Origin: a virus
Taxonomy: Duplodnaviria; Heunggongvirae; Uroviricota; Caudoviricetes
IMG/VR virus record: IMGVR_UViG_2524614843_000001
Span: 1-39,278 of that record
DNA length: 39,278 nt
Strand: one strand, 5' to 3'
The translations under genes and the position numbers were made by a program. This document shows, one piece after another, positions 16,223-24,147 of the stretch. Each line of letters begins with the position of its first letter. Position 1 is the stretch's first letter. The notes under the pieces were generated by a model. It was not told where the DNA came from, did no database searches, and saw only the letters and a program-made list of their open reading frames with translations.

Positions 16223-16618
16223 TTAGCCCTCGAGATTCAGTGGTGGCTCGGTCGGCAGAGCAACTTGATTGCCGTTCTGCACTTGCTCATCGCGCTGTTT
16301 GGCCAAATGCAGGTACAGCGAGTGCAGTGCCGTATAAACCTCGGCATACTTCATTTTCGCCCCGGTCGAGCGGCCGGTGCTCACATCGATCACCTCAAAT
16401 TCGGCGTTCATATCTGCTACCGGCTCAACGATCACGCCTGGCAATGGCTGGGTCATCGTCTGACCATTGATTGAAACCGCCTTCTCTTCGTAAATTTCCA
16501 GAATGGGCGTTTGGTTGTACGGGTTGTTGATCACAACGCGGTGCGCCCGCTGCCAAATACGCCCAATCGCCGTCTGTTCGTTGTAATTTTGGCTACCTGA
16601 ACTTGCTGTAGTAGTCAT
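16223..16618 (-). CDS. Hypothetical phage protein (tail-fibre-linked type)
   Basis: AAGGAG RBS; WQRAHRVVINNP...YTALHSLYLHLA pattern. Confidence 0.75.
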   Translation of the reverse strand: MTTTASSGSQNYNEQTAIGRIWQRAHRVVINNPYNQTPILEIYEEKAVSINGQTMTQPLPGVIVEPVADMNAEFEVIDVSTGRSTGAKMKYAEVYTALHSLYLHLAKQRDEQVQNGNQVALPTEPPLNLEG

Positions 16619-16641
16619 TGGTATCTACTCCTTTTTAATAG

Positions 16642-16659
16642 TTAGTAAGCGGTGAGTTA
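16642..16659. promoter_or_regulatory. Dyad site O8
   Basis: Minus strand TAACTCA-ccgc-TTACTAA, intergenic. Confidence 0.6.
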
Positions 16660-16666
16660 ATATACA

Positions 16667-17839
16667 TCATCGAGTCATCCATGTCTTGCGTCGGCCAATG
16701 AGCTCGTCGATCAGTCCGGTCAGACTGTGGCCAAAGGTAATGAGCTCGACCGTCCATGTTGCCGCAATACCTTTCACGCGCTCTTTGAGGCTTAGGTTTT
16801 GAACGGTGGTCATTGTCAGGCCTTCAAGCTGCAGGAAAAACAGGAAGATCACCCAAGGGGCTAGTGTCGGCGAAAGCAGGCCGGCAACTCGCCAAAGCGG
16901 CGCAAACACTAGCGGCAGCCAGGGAAGCCAAAGCAGCAAGCCCTTCACCTTGTTGATACCAACTGAAACCTTGAAGGCTTCTGCGTTGCCGCGCGACCAC
17001 CGGCGTCGTTGTCTGCACAGCCTGCTCAGGCTTTGAGGCGCCTCGGTCCATGCGAACGCCTCTGCAGAATATTCGACCTTCCCACCCTGCATGATTGCCA
17101 GCGTCGTCCAGCAAACATCCTCCACGAGCCAGTCCTTGTCCCATGCCCCTAAACGGCGCAAAGCCCAGCCTGCGTGCATACACAGCGCACCTGACATAAC
17201 TCGCACACGCCCAATGCGACCCATTGCAGTTTTGGTCAATGGGTAGCCTCCTTGATGCTCATGGTGCTGGCAGGCGCCTAAGAAGGTGTGACGCTGATCT
17301 TCACGAATCATCACCGCGCCAGATACGCCGGCCAGTTCTGGCCGCTCAGCCATCTTGGTTGCCATCTTGAGAATGGCGTTTTTACTCAAGATCGTATCGC
17401 CATCCATGACAACCACCGCTGGAATGTCTTTTGGCAGCATGGCAAGGCCGATATTCAGAGGAATAGCCTTGTTTCCGGAGTTGGTCTGGTTCCGATGATG
17501 AGTCACTCGAATGCCGCGGTGAATGAGCTCATCGCGCCAGCGATCAATGATTACGTCTGAGCCGTCTTTTGAGCCATCGTCCACTACAGCGATGATCAGC
17601 TCTACGCCGTGGCGCATTACGCTCTGTTCGCTAAGGCTTCGGAAAGCAGCCTCCAGTCCTGCCGCTTCGTTGTAAACCGGCAGGATGACGCCGATCTGGC
17701 TAGGTAGTTTGACGCCGGCTGCTGGTCGGTCCGATTCCTTCCGGAAGTAGACGATCAGCATCAGCGCCAAAGTGACTGCGATTTCGGCTGCAATCGAGGT
17801 TGCAGCCAGCCAAAAAAGGATGTTTGCGAGTTCGCTCAT
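16667..17839 (-). CDS. Membrane-embedded processive GT2 glycosyltransferase, PgaC/IcaA-like
   Basis: PVYNE, VDDGSKD, NKA, MDGD, VED and QRRRW (D,D,D,QxxRW); one N-terminal and several C-terminal hydrophobic segments; VMSGA...LVED...AWTEAPQSLSRLCRQRRRWSRG aligns with recalled PgaC blocks. Confidence 0.88.
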   Translation of the reverse strand: MSELANILFWLAATSIAAEIAVTLALMLIVYFRKESDRPAAGVKLPSQIGVILPVYNEAAGLEAAFRSLSEQSVMRHGVELIIAVVDDGSKDGSDVIIDRWRDELIHRGIRVTHHRNQTNSGNKAIPLNIGLAMLPKDIPAVVVMDGDTILSKNAILKMATKMAERPELAGVSGAVMIREDQRHTFLGACQHHEHQGGYPLTKTAMGRIGRVRVMSGALCMHAGWALRRLGAWDKDWLVEDVCWTTLAIMQGGKVEYSAEAFAWTEAPQSLSRLCRQRRRWSRGNAEAFKVSVGINKVKGLLLWLPWLPLVFAPLWRVAGLLSPTLAPWVIFLFFLQLEGLTMTTVQNLSLKERVKGIAATWTVELITFGHSLTGLIDELIGRRKTWMTR

Positions 17840-19221
17840 GCTTTGTACCCGATGGATTCGTTGAAGATTGCCAGTCTCGACTCTATTAGCTCAGTCACCG
17901 ATGACTGATTTAATTGGCCAGATTGTTGAAGCTTGCGCAGCATCGTCATGACTTCTGGCGCACCACGGAGCTCGGCCGAAACGTCCCGATTCATGGCGGC
18001 ACAAGCCTTCTCCCTCGCCTGGCTCTTTTTGAGCACGGCAAATAGCGGCGACCAGAGTGCAGCGAGTGTCTCGTCTGACGATTTGCCTTTGGCCAATTCC
18101 AGCGCCATTGCTCTGAAATCATTGCCAATCAGAGGGATTCTGTCGCGCCAACCGTATTCTTGGCTGAAATAGAAGTCGTCCCGCGATACGCCAAAGTCCA
18201 GCAACTCGGTACCTGTTTTTAGCCACTCCACCCACTTTTCAGTGAAAGCAGCGGTCTCGACCGGTTTTTTGGCATACAGGCTTTGAATTTCGGCTTCCGA
18301 CAGGCCGATGATCTGCAGTGATGCTCGTTCACGCGCCTGTTTAGCCCACGATTCGACTTGCGACTGAATACGCTGATAGCCAGTCGAATAATCCGCGGTA
18401 CTCTTCCAAGGCGCCGCGCGCTGCAGCAGTACAGTCGCAGCCTGGTTGCCGGCCTCGAGGAGCTCATCCCAAAATGCCACACCCATACTTGAGGCCGAGG
18501 TGTTCCGGAAGTCCGGTTTTACTGACATTGAGCCCGTGTCGAAGATCTGGCCGGCCACGTCAAAGTTATCAATAGGCGAGCCGCCAATGCTGATTCTTCG
18601 CGCCCAAAGCGTCGCTACGCTGGCCAGAGTGCGCTTTACCAAGTCCTCAATCATTGAGTAACGATCAACGCTGGGCTCATAACCTAGAAAGGTCGGCGCT
18701 TGTTCATAGTTGATCTGATTCAGGTGGCTAATGCGCAGAGGAAAATCACGGACCAGCAGTGCGGCATTGTCGGCAAACTCGAATTCCGGCTTGGCTAGCG
18801 CCTGAGCTTTGCGCTCTGGCGACAACTCGAAAAACGCAGGGTGAGTTGGTACCGACTTTTCAAGCAGTGCAAAGCCCTTCACGCGGATACCTCGGCCGAA
18901 AAGTCGATAGAGCATTTCCAGATACAGCGCTTCGATTACCGCGTCTTTCAATGACAGCAGGCCTGTCCCGTATGTACCCGCATTTTCATTGGCAAATGGC
19001 GTCTTTCCGGCGCCTTTGACGCTTAACCCATTGAAGTAAACCGCCCTCCCCGAGCCACCAATGCCCCAGCTGCAATAGCAGTCTGCCCAGGCGGGCATGT
19101 TCGTCTGATCGGATTCGGTGGAGATCAGGTATTGGTCAATTTGAAAGCCTTGTTGCAGCCACAGCGCCTGGCCTTTAACTTTGCCGACTTTTACATCGGT
19201 CATTTTGATCAGATCGATCAT
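17836..19221 (-). CDS. SelO/YdiU (MchC/MceJ-like) pseudokinase-fold nucleotidyltransferase
   Basis: GSGRA (vs GDGRG), SVKGAGKTPF (vs HLKGAGLTPY), IEAL, ALLVR...LRISHL (vs AMLMR...HLRFGHF), PIDNFDVAGQIFDTG (vs NTDNMSLLGLTLDYG); comparisons are from recalled YdiU motifs. Confidence 0.72.
   Translation of the reverse strand: MIDLIKMTDVKVGKVKGQALWLQQGFQIDQYLISTESDQTNMPAWADCYCSWGIGGSGRAVYFNGLSVKGAGKTPFANENAGTYGTGLLSLKDAVIEALYLEMLYRLFGRGIRVKGFALLEKSVPTHPAFFELSPERKAQALAKPEFEFADNAALLVRDFPLRISHLNQINYEQAPTFLGYEPSVDRYSMIEDLVKRTLASVATLWARRISIGGSPIDNFDVAGQIFDTGSMSVKPDFRNTSASSMGVAFWDELLEAGNQAATVLLQRAAPWKSTADYSTGYQRIQSQVESWAKQARERASLQIIGLSEAEIQSLYAKKPVETAAFTEKWVEWLKTGTELLDFGVSRDDFYFSQEYGWRDRIPLIGNDFRAMALELAKGKSSDETLAALWSPLFAVLKKSQAREKACAAMNRDVSAELRGAPEVMTMLRKLQQSGQLNQSSVTELIESRLAIFNESIGYKA
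17891..17908. promoter_or_regulatory. Dyad site O9, inside the SelO-like 3' end, ~52 nt upstream of the PgaC-like start
   Basis: TCAGTCA-ccga-TGACTGA, a perfectly symmetric variant. Confidence 0.7.
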
Positions 19222-19976
19222 AGAAAATCACCTTGTCTGTGTTTGATCTGGTTGAAAATAAAGTCCCGCCCATACGTTTCGATCAGGCCTGAGCGGCACT
19301 CCTCTGCCCGATGAAGGAAGCGAGCACCGGTATGCGTCGTCAGCGTGATGTTTGTGTCATGGCGCCGATAGACGCCGATAACCTGCTTTGAGTAAGCGAC
19401 GTTCCTAGCGTGTAGGGCGAACTCGAGAAAGAGGCTGTAATCAGCCGCACTGAACCGACGTACAAAGGGAGAGCATTTGGGCATAACGCTTTTGCGGAAT
19501 ATGGCCGACAGCGTAAATGGGCTATCACCCGTTCTGAACATATAGGGGAACGGGTCACTAAAGCCCCAGCATCGACTGCTGCAGGGCAGATAACAGCCGG
19601 CAGACTGCATGTAGAAGATTGCCGACCCAAAGAAGGCATCGTGACCTTCGCAGCCTTCCACCATGTAGCGCAGCGAATGCTCGCTCGCCCAATAGTCATC
19701 GCCATCCAAAAAGCACACCAGCTCTGTGTCGGCCATATTCCATGCCATTTCCATCAGCGCCGGATAACCCAGCCGAGACTCAGACTCAATGATCTGCAAG
19801 CGATCTGCGGGGAGTGCTTTTCTGACCACCTCTACCGATTCATCCTCTGACGAATCGTCGATAAAAAGCACCTTCCAATCTTGGAAGGTCTGTTTGGCGA
19901 TAGACTCGGCAAACTGCTTGAGAAAGCGGGCGTTGTTCCGCGATACGCAGATGATTGTGACAATCGGTTTCATCAT
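19218..19976 (-). CDS. Soluble GT2 (GT-A fold) glycosyltransferase
   Basis: IICVSRN, FIDDSSED, FLDGDDYW (DxD), AADY and YRRH motifs; no TM segment. Confidence 0.9.
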   Translation of the reverse strand: MMKPIVTIICVSRNNARFLKQFAESIAKQTFQDWKVLFIDDSSEDESVEVVRKALPADRLQIIESESRLGYPALMEMAWNMADTELVCFLDGDDYWASEHSLRYMVEGCEGHDAFFGSAIFYMQSAGCYLPCSSRCWGFSDPFPYMFRTGDSPFTLSAIFRKSVMPKCSPFVRRFSAADYSLFLEFALHARNVAYSKQVIGVYRRHDTNITLTTHTGARFLHRAEECRSGLIETYGRDFIFNQIKHRQGDFL

Positions 19977-20578
19977 CCCACCATCGGAAAGCGGTAGCTG
20001 GCCAGCCCTTGCGCGTCGCCCTGCCGGTACATCTCATCGACGCGGCGCTTCTGACTACTAATGAGGTCAAAGGCTGCGGCAACCTGCAGCTTTGCTCCTT
20101 GTTGATGCCGAATCAGATCTGCCTTGGTCTCTTCTGATGTACCGAGCGGGAAGTCAGAAACAGAAAGCGACTGCGCCATGAAGGTCATGAATAGCTCGGC
20201 ATTCATCATGCTCATTAGCTGCCCATTGATTTGCGCTACAGCCTGTCTGTAGTTGATTTCCAGCGTCGGGCTCATCCCTTCTCTCGAGCCCGCATAGTCA
20301 TACAGCTCTTCCTGTGTCACCGACCCATACAAAGAGGCGCCCACTTGAAGATTGGCGAGCTCATCGAGCGCATTGGCTCGACGCACGCCTGCGATCTCTT
20401 GCTGGTGGCTCATTTGGCGCTGAATATCGATCGTGCGCTCAAACATGCCGATCAAGTCCAACTCCGGATAGGCCACTTTCATGCCGACAAAATCAATCAT
20501 GACGGTGCGCCCGTCATTTGAGCGCACCTCCAATAGACCAGTCGCCATGTCCTTTTTGACGATTTGAATTTCAAGCAT
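19973..20578 (-). CDS. Hypothetical helical protein (possible fibre chaperone or cassette substrate/partner)
   Basis: Overlaps both neighbours (TGATG and ATGA); no recognised motif. Confidence 0.7.
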   Translation of the reverse strand: MLEIQIVKKDMATGLLEVRSNDGRTVMIDFVGMKVAYPELDLIGMFERTIDIQRQMSHQQEIAGVRRANALDELANLQVGASLYGSVTQEELYDYAGSREGMSPTLEINYRQAVAQINGQLMSMMNAELFMTFMAQSLSVSDFPLGTSEETKADLIRHQQGAKLQVAAAFDLISSQKRRVDEMYRQGDAQGLASYRFPMVG

Positions 20579-21075
20579 CAGTAATACTGCCTTGCCCAGC
20601 CAGAAGCTACGACATAGCCGCCAAAACGCCCTTCTACGGTTGCGACGATGCGAACATCGACATATCCATAGCTTGCAGGGGTGTAATACTCGCTGGCCGT
20701 GTAGCTCAGTCTGAAAATTGAAGAAATGGCGCCGCTCCAGTTGCCGGCACCGTCCAGATAAACGCCAATTGGCCCGTTAGAAACGAGTGAGAACTGATTG
20801 CCGTTGGCGTATTCGGCTCGGATAGTGACGTATGAATTCGGGTGTCCGCCCGAAATCCATGCACTGACCTGGCGATTCACACCACCACTACCAGAAACGC
20901 TATGGCCGCAGCCAGAAGGCGGCAAAGGTTTCCCGTAGAAGGCATCCATGCCATAAGCGCCACTAGGAGCTTTGGCCAGAGAGCGCACGTCACCATCGCC
21001 GAATGAAGTCTGCTGACCCGCCCGCCCGAGCTGGGCGGACACGTCGTACAGGCTGATTGGACCCGAGCTCTGCAT
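20578..21075 (-). CDS. Putative tail-fibre tip adhesin (gp38-like N-terminal attachment domain)
   Basis: SSGPISLYDV...LGR...VRSLA..PSGAYGMDAFYGK N-terminus followed by a Gly/Tyr/Ser-rich beta region; directly behind the chaperone-bearing fibre. Confidence 0.6.
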   Translation of the reverse strand: MQSSGPISLYDVSAQLGRAGQQTSFGDGDVRSLAKAPSGAYGMDAFYGKPLPPSGCGHSVSGSGGVNRQVSAWISGGHPNSYVTIRAEYANGNQFSLVSNGPIGVYLDGAGNWSGAISSIFRLSYTASEYYTPASYGYVDVRIVATVEGRFGGYVVASGWARQYY

Positions 21076-22265
21076 TACTGACCTCGCGCTTCAAGAGTCC
21101 GAACTCGCTCATTCAGCGACTTCACCGCCTCAATCAGCACCGGAACCAACTTGGTGTAGTCAACGCCCATGTATTCAGTCCGGTCGAGCTCGGTATCGCT
21201 TGGCTTAGTCCGCACAATGGCCTCTGGCATCACCCGCTTAACCTTTTGTGCGATCACGCCATAGTCTCGCTTCCCTGCTTTCAAGCGAGTGCGGTGGATG
21301 CCTTTGCGCCAGTTAAATGTCACCCCTTCAATCTGATCGATGATCTTCCAAGGGTCAGAAATCTTGGCGACATTGGTTTTTAGGCGGGCATCTGAGTAGG
21401 CAACCACGTTACCTGCAGCCACAATGCTGCTGTCGCAGTAGAACTGCTTGCCGCCATATACGCGAACATAGGTTGAGTCGGTCATCCAGATACCGCCGCC
21501 ATAGCTCTGCGAATACCAGCCCACGTTACCGTTTGAGCGATACCAACCGTTGTTGTAAACCTCGCTGAGCGTATCGCCGCTCTTGCCTAGCTTTGTGTTC
21601 GGGTCGAAGTTGCTGCTCAACCAGAACGTACCTAGATCAGAAGAGTCCACTTGCGCTTTAAGCGCTGAGCCACTCCACCCTAGATAAATTTTGTTGGCGT
21701 TTTGACCTGCGCCACCGCCTTGCTGAACCGGTGTGAAGCCAAGCGCCGGCTGGTAGTTGCTCGGGTTAAAGTTGGCGGTGGTCCACATGGTTGCCCAACT
21801 GCCCCAGCCACCTGCGGCATCGTTACCACTGCGCAACGCAAGCGTTCCATCATTGGCAAATCCAAGCTCGAAGGCTCGCCCACCGGTTGCGTCACCCCAG
21901 CCGCGGATACCCATGATTTTCGCCAGGCCTGATGAGCCAAGCCCAGCTACGCTGCTGTTTTTCAGGTGGAACTGAACCTGAGCATCGTTGTAGGTGTCCG
22001 GAGTCGTGGCTTGAGTGCGAGAGTCCAGTACCGCCACTTCGTTCAGGTTGAAGTCGGCGATTTTTGTCCATGTGACCGGTGACAGGACTTCGAGGATATA
22101 GAGTGCCTTCAAGTCCGTCCGGTAGCAGGGCATACCCAGCTGCAAATTCGCAGTCGGGAATGCTGTGCCTGAGTTCAGTGAAATGGCGGTTTTGTCATTA
22201 TCCAGCAGTAGTTTCAAACTGGCCGCAAGCGCCGTGTTGTCGGTAATCTCGGTATAACTTTGCAT
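21075..22265 (-). CDS. Tail fibre with C-terminal peptidase S74 intramolecular chaperone
   Basis: LGFTPVQQGGG, YNNGWYRSNG...GWY...YGGGIWM fibre motifs; AYS/DARLK autocleavage site; GVIAQ...VDYTKLVPVLIEAVK. Confidence 0.9.
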   Translation of the reverse strand: MQSYTEITDNTALAASLKLLLDNDKTAISLNSGTAFPTANLQLGMPCYRTDLKALYILEVLSPVTWTKIADFNLNEVAVLDSRTQATTPDTYNDAQVQFHLKNSSVAGLGSSGLAKIMGIRGWGDATGGRAFELGFANDGTLALRSGNDAAGGWGSWATMWTTANFNPSNYQPALGFTPVQQGGGAGQNANKIYLGWSGSALKAQVDSSDLGTFWLSSNFDPNTKLGKSGDTLSEVYNNGWYRSNGNVGWYSQSYGGGIWMTDSTYVRVYGGKQFYCDSSIVAAGNVVAYSDARLKTNVAKISDPWKIIDQIEGVTFNWRKGIHRTRLKAGKRDYGVIAQKVKRVMPEAIVRTKPSDTELDRTEYMGVDYTKLVPVLIEAVKSLNERVRTLEARGQ

Positions 22266-22283
22266 TTAATCACCAATGACTAA
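22266..22283. promoter_or_regulatory. Dyad site O10
   Basis: Minus strand TTAGTCA-ttgg-TGATTAA; contains the upstream TAG stop and the GGTGA SD of the fibre gene. Confidence 0.65.
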
Positions 22284-23632
22284 TAGCCATGTGCAGCCCA
22301 TGAGGCGGTGCCTGTCACATATTGACCGTTACTTGGATTTTTCAGCTTCAAGGTGAAGCCGAACTTGTCGTCGTTGCTGATTTCAGGAATCACGACCCCT
22401 GTTGCCGATTGCACGCGAATGACAATCTCAGGCTTGATCATGAAAACCCTGTTGAATGCGATATAAAGTCCAATTCCTGCATTGGTAATGACCGCTGTGC
22501 CGCGATCAATAATGTCCGGTACATCGACCGACGTTTCTATTTTTTTGACTCGAGCCAAGCTGCCTTGATTCGATGTAAATGCCAGCCTAAAGGTGGCGTT
22601 TTGATACTCGTATTCGCCTGGTATGAAGTCGCGGAAGCCGCCAAGACCAGGGATAAAGCCATCTTCAAGAATGGCCATAAACTGATCTTCGCTAAGCTGA
22701 TCGCTGATCAGCATGTCTGAAACCGTCGCATTGCCTTTGCGGCGCCATTCTTCCAACATTGCAAAGGCTTCCTGCTTGTTGGTGCCAAAACGTCGCGCGC
22801 CCAGCTCGATGATTTGCATCACCTCCGCAAACGTGCGAGTGAATCGGACGCTGCGCCCTTGCTGTTCAGCAATTGCAATCTGCTCGCTGGCGTTTTTGCC
22901 ATACCGCAGAGTGTCATTGCCGCCGATTACCGCAATCGATTCAGAGATCGGTTTGCGCGGATATTTACTAGCTAGCTCTAACACCGCAATCGATTCGGCC
23001 AGTCTTTTCTTGAAGTTCAGACCGTCTGACTCTGCGATATTTAAAGCCTCGGTTTCATTGAGGCCAAAGCGATTCACGCTCGAATCGGAAATGCCAAAAG
23101 TGCTATTTCCTCTCCGCGCCTCTCTTTTCCCGCAGATCTCAGCGAAACCAATGCTTTCCAAGATCGATAGCCGGAAAGCGATGTTGTCGATGTAGGTATC
23201 AACAATGGCCAGCGCTTCCCTAATGGCCATGCCTGAGCGCTTAATAGGTAGTGCATCTGCGACACCTAGCAGCTCCGCCAGCGCCAAGCCAATTCGTGAC
23301 GACTCTGCATCGGTAACGCCAAGTGTTTCCGCCAGCGCGCGGACATACCTTGCGGCAGGGCGTGCCTGGTCGGCGACAGAAAGCGATTCTCCGACCGCCT
23401 TGCCAAAGCGATCTTGCAAATTGTCTGTCACCGCCAAGATTTCCATCACACTTTTGCCGAAACGCTCGGTCTGCATATCGGCAAACGCCAAGTCGTCATT
23501 GTTGTTGACGATGAACGTCCGTGCAGCGGCCTCCTGCCATGTCTCTCGGTCTCCCTGCAGGGAGTTCCAAGCGAACATGGCGGTTTGCCACTTGTAGGGC
23601 GTTGACGCCGTATTGGAGACCGTAACCGGCAT
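22280..23632 (-). CDS. Tail/virion structural protein with ~12 degenerate 18-20 aa repeats
   Basis: Repeats such as ESLSVAD, ETLGVTD, ELLGVAD, EALAIVD, ESIGFAE, EALNIAE and ESIAVLE; located between J and the fibre gene. Confidence 0.75.
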   Translation of the reverse strand: MPVTVSNTASTPYKWQTAMFAWNSLQGDRETWQEAAARTFIVNNNDDLAFADMQTERFGKSVMEILAVTDNLQDRFGKAVGESLSVADQARPAARYVRALAETLGVTDAESSRIGLALAELLGVADALPIKRSGMAIREALAIVDTYIDNIAFRLSILESIGFAEICGKREARRGNSTFGISDSSVNRFGLNETEALNIAESDGLNFKKRLAESIAVLELASKYPRKPISESIAVIGGNDTLRYGKNASEQIAIAEQQGRSVRFTRTFAEVMQIIELGARRFGTNKQEAFAMLEEWRRKGNATVSDMLISDQLSEDQFMAILEDGFIPGLGGFRDFIPGEYEYQNATFRLAFTSNQGSLARVKKIETSVDVPDIIDRGTAVITNAGIGLYIAFNRVFMIKPEIVIRVQSATGVVIPEISNDDKFGFTLKLKNPSNGQYVTGTASWAAHGY

Positions 23633-23637
23633 TTTGA

Positions 23638-24083
23638 TTAGGACATAGTGAAGGTGAAGGTTACGTCCAGCGTGTCGTCAGCACCCTTATTCACAACGGG
23701 GAAGGTCACGCGGTCGAGCATGATTCCGGCAGAGGACGCATTGAATACACCCGCCTCGGTGATCGCACCGGTGCCGGTGCCGGCCGGCAAAGAAGCCGTG
23801 ATGGTGAAAACTTTAGTGCCAGCGGTGTGCGCATAAGTGGCGGCAACACGCACCAGCTCTGTTACCAGTGCGGTTTGGTTCGCTGCAACAGCGGTTGTGC
23901 CAGTGCCAACGGCGATATGTGACAAGACGGATGGGCGACCGCTCGCTTTACCCAAGGCGTCAGCGATCAGATCAAAACCCAATTCACGATCATGTTGTCT
24001 TTGAAGATCGTTTCAGAAGTGCCATCGGCATGGGTCAGCACGGCAGTCATCGCACCGTGCATGGTCAGTCGATCAATATTCAT
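23638..24083 (-). pseudogene. Tail-associated structural protein gene interrupted by a single-base frameshift at ~23982 (or a sequencing error)
   Basis: ATG 24083 (GGAG RBS) reads MNIDRLTMHGAMTAVLTHADGTSETIFKDNMIVN, then hits TGA at 23969-23967. The -1 frame continues GFDLIADALGK...IAVGTGTT...TELVR...EAGVFN...MLDRVTF to 23638. Confidence 0.7.
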
Positions 24084-24117
24084 GGTTTTCTCCAATTCAG
24101 TGTGTGGCAAAGCCTAT

Positions 24118-24146
24118 ATCATAAGTCAGTCATGACTTATCAACAA
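24118..24146 (-). promoter_or_regulatory. Dyad site O11 (24122-24139) filling the spacer of a putative sigma70 promoter
   Basis: Perfect ATAAGTCA-N4-TGACTTAT; TTGTTG (24146-24141), 17-bp spacer, TATGAT (24123-24118). Confidence 0.85.
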
Positions 24147-24147
24147 C

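Noticed and set aside
20578-23632. Invertible or DGR-diversified tail fibre system
   Set aside because: No invertase, reverse transcriptase, flanking inverted repeats or duplicated fibre ends were seen in the window.
23974-23980. GGGTTTT as a programmed -1 slippery site
   Set aside because: GGT TTT are codons of the post-shift frame, not the zero frame, so it is not a canonical X XXY YYZ site.
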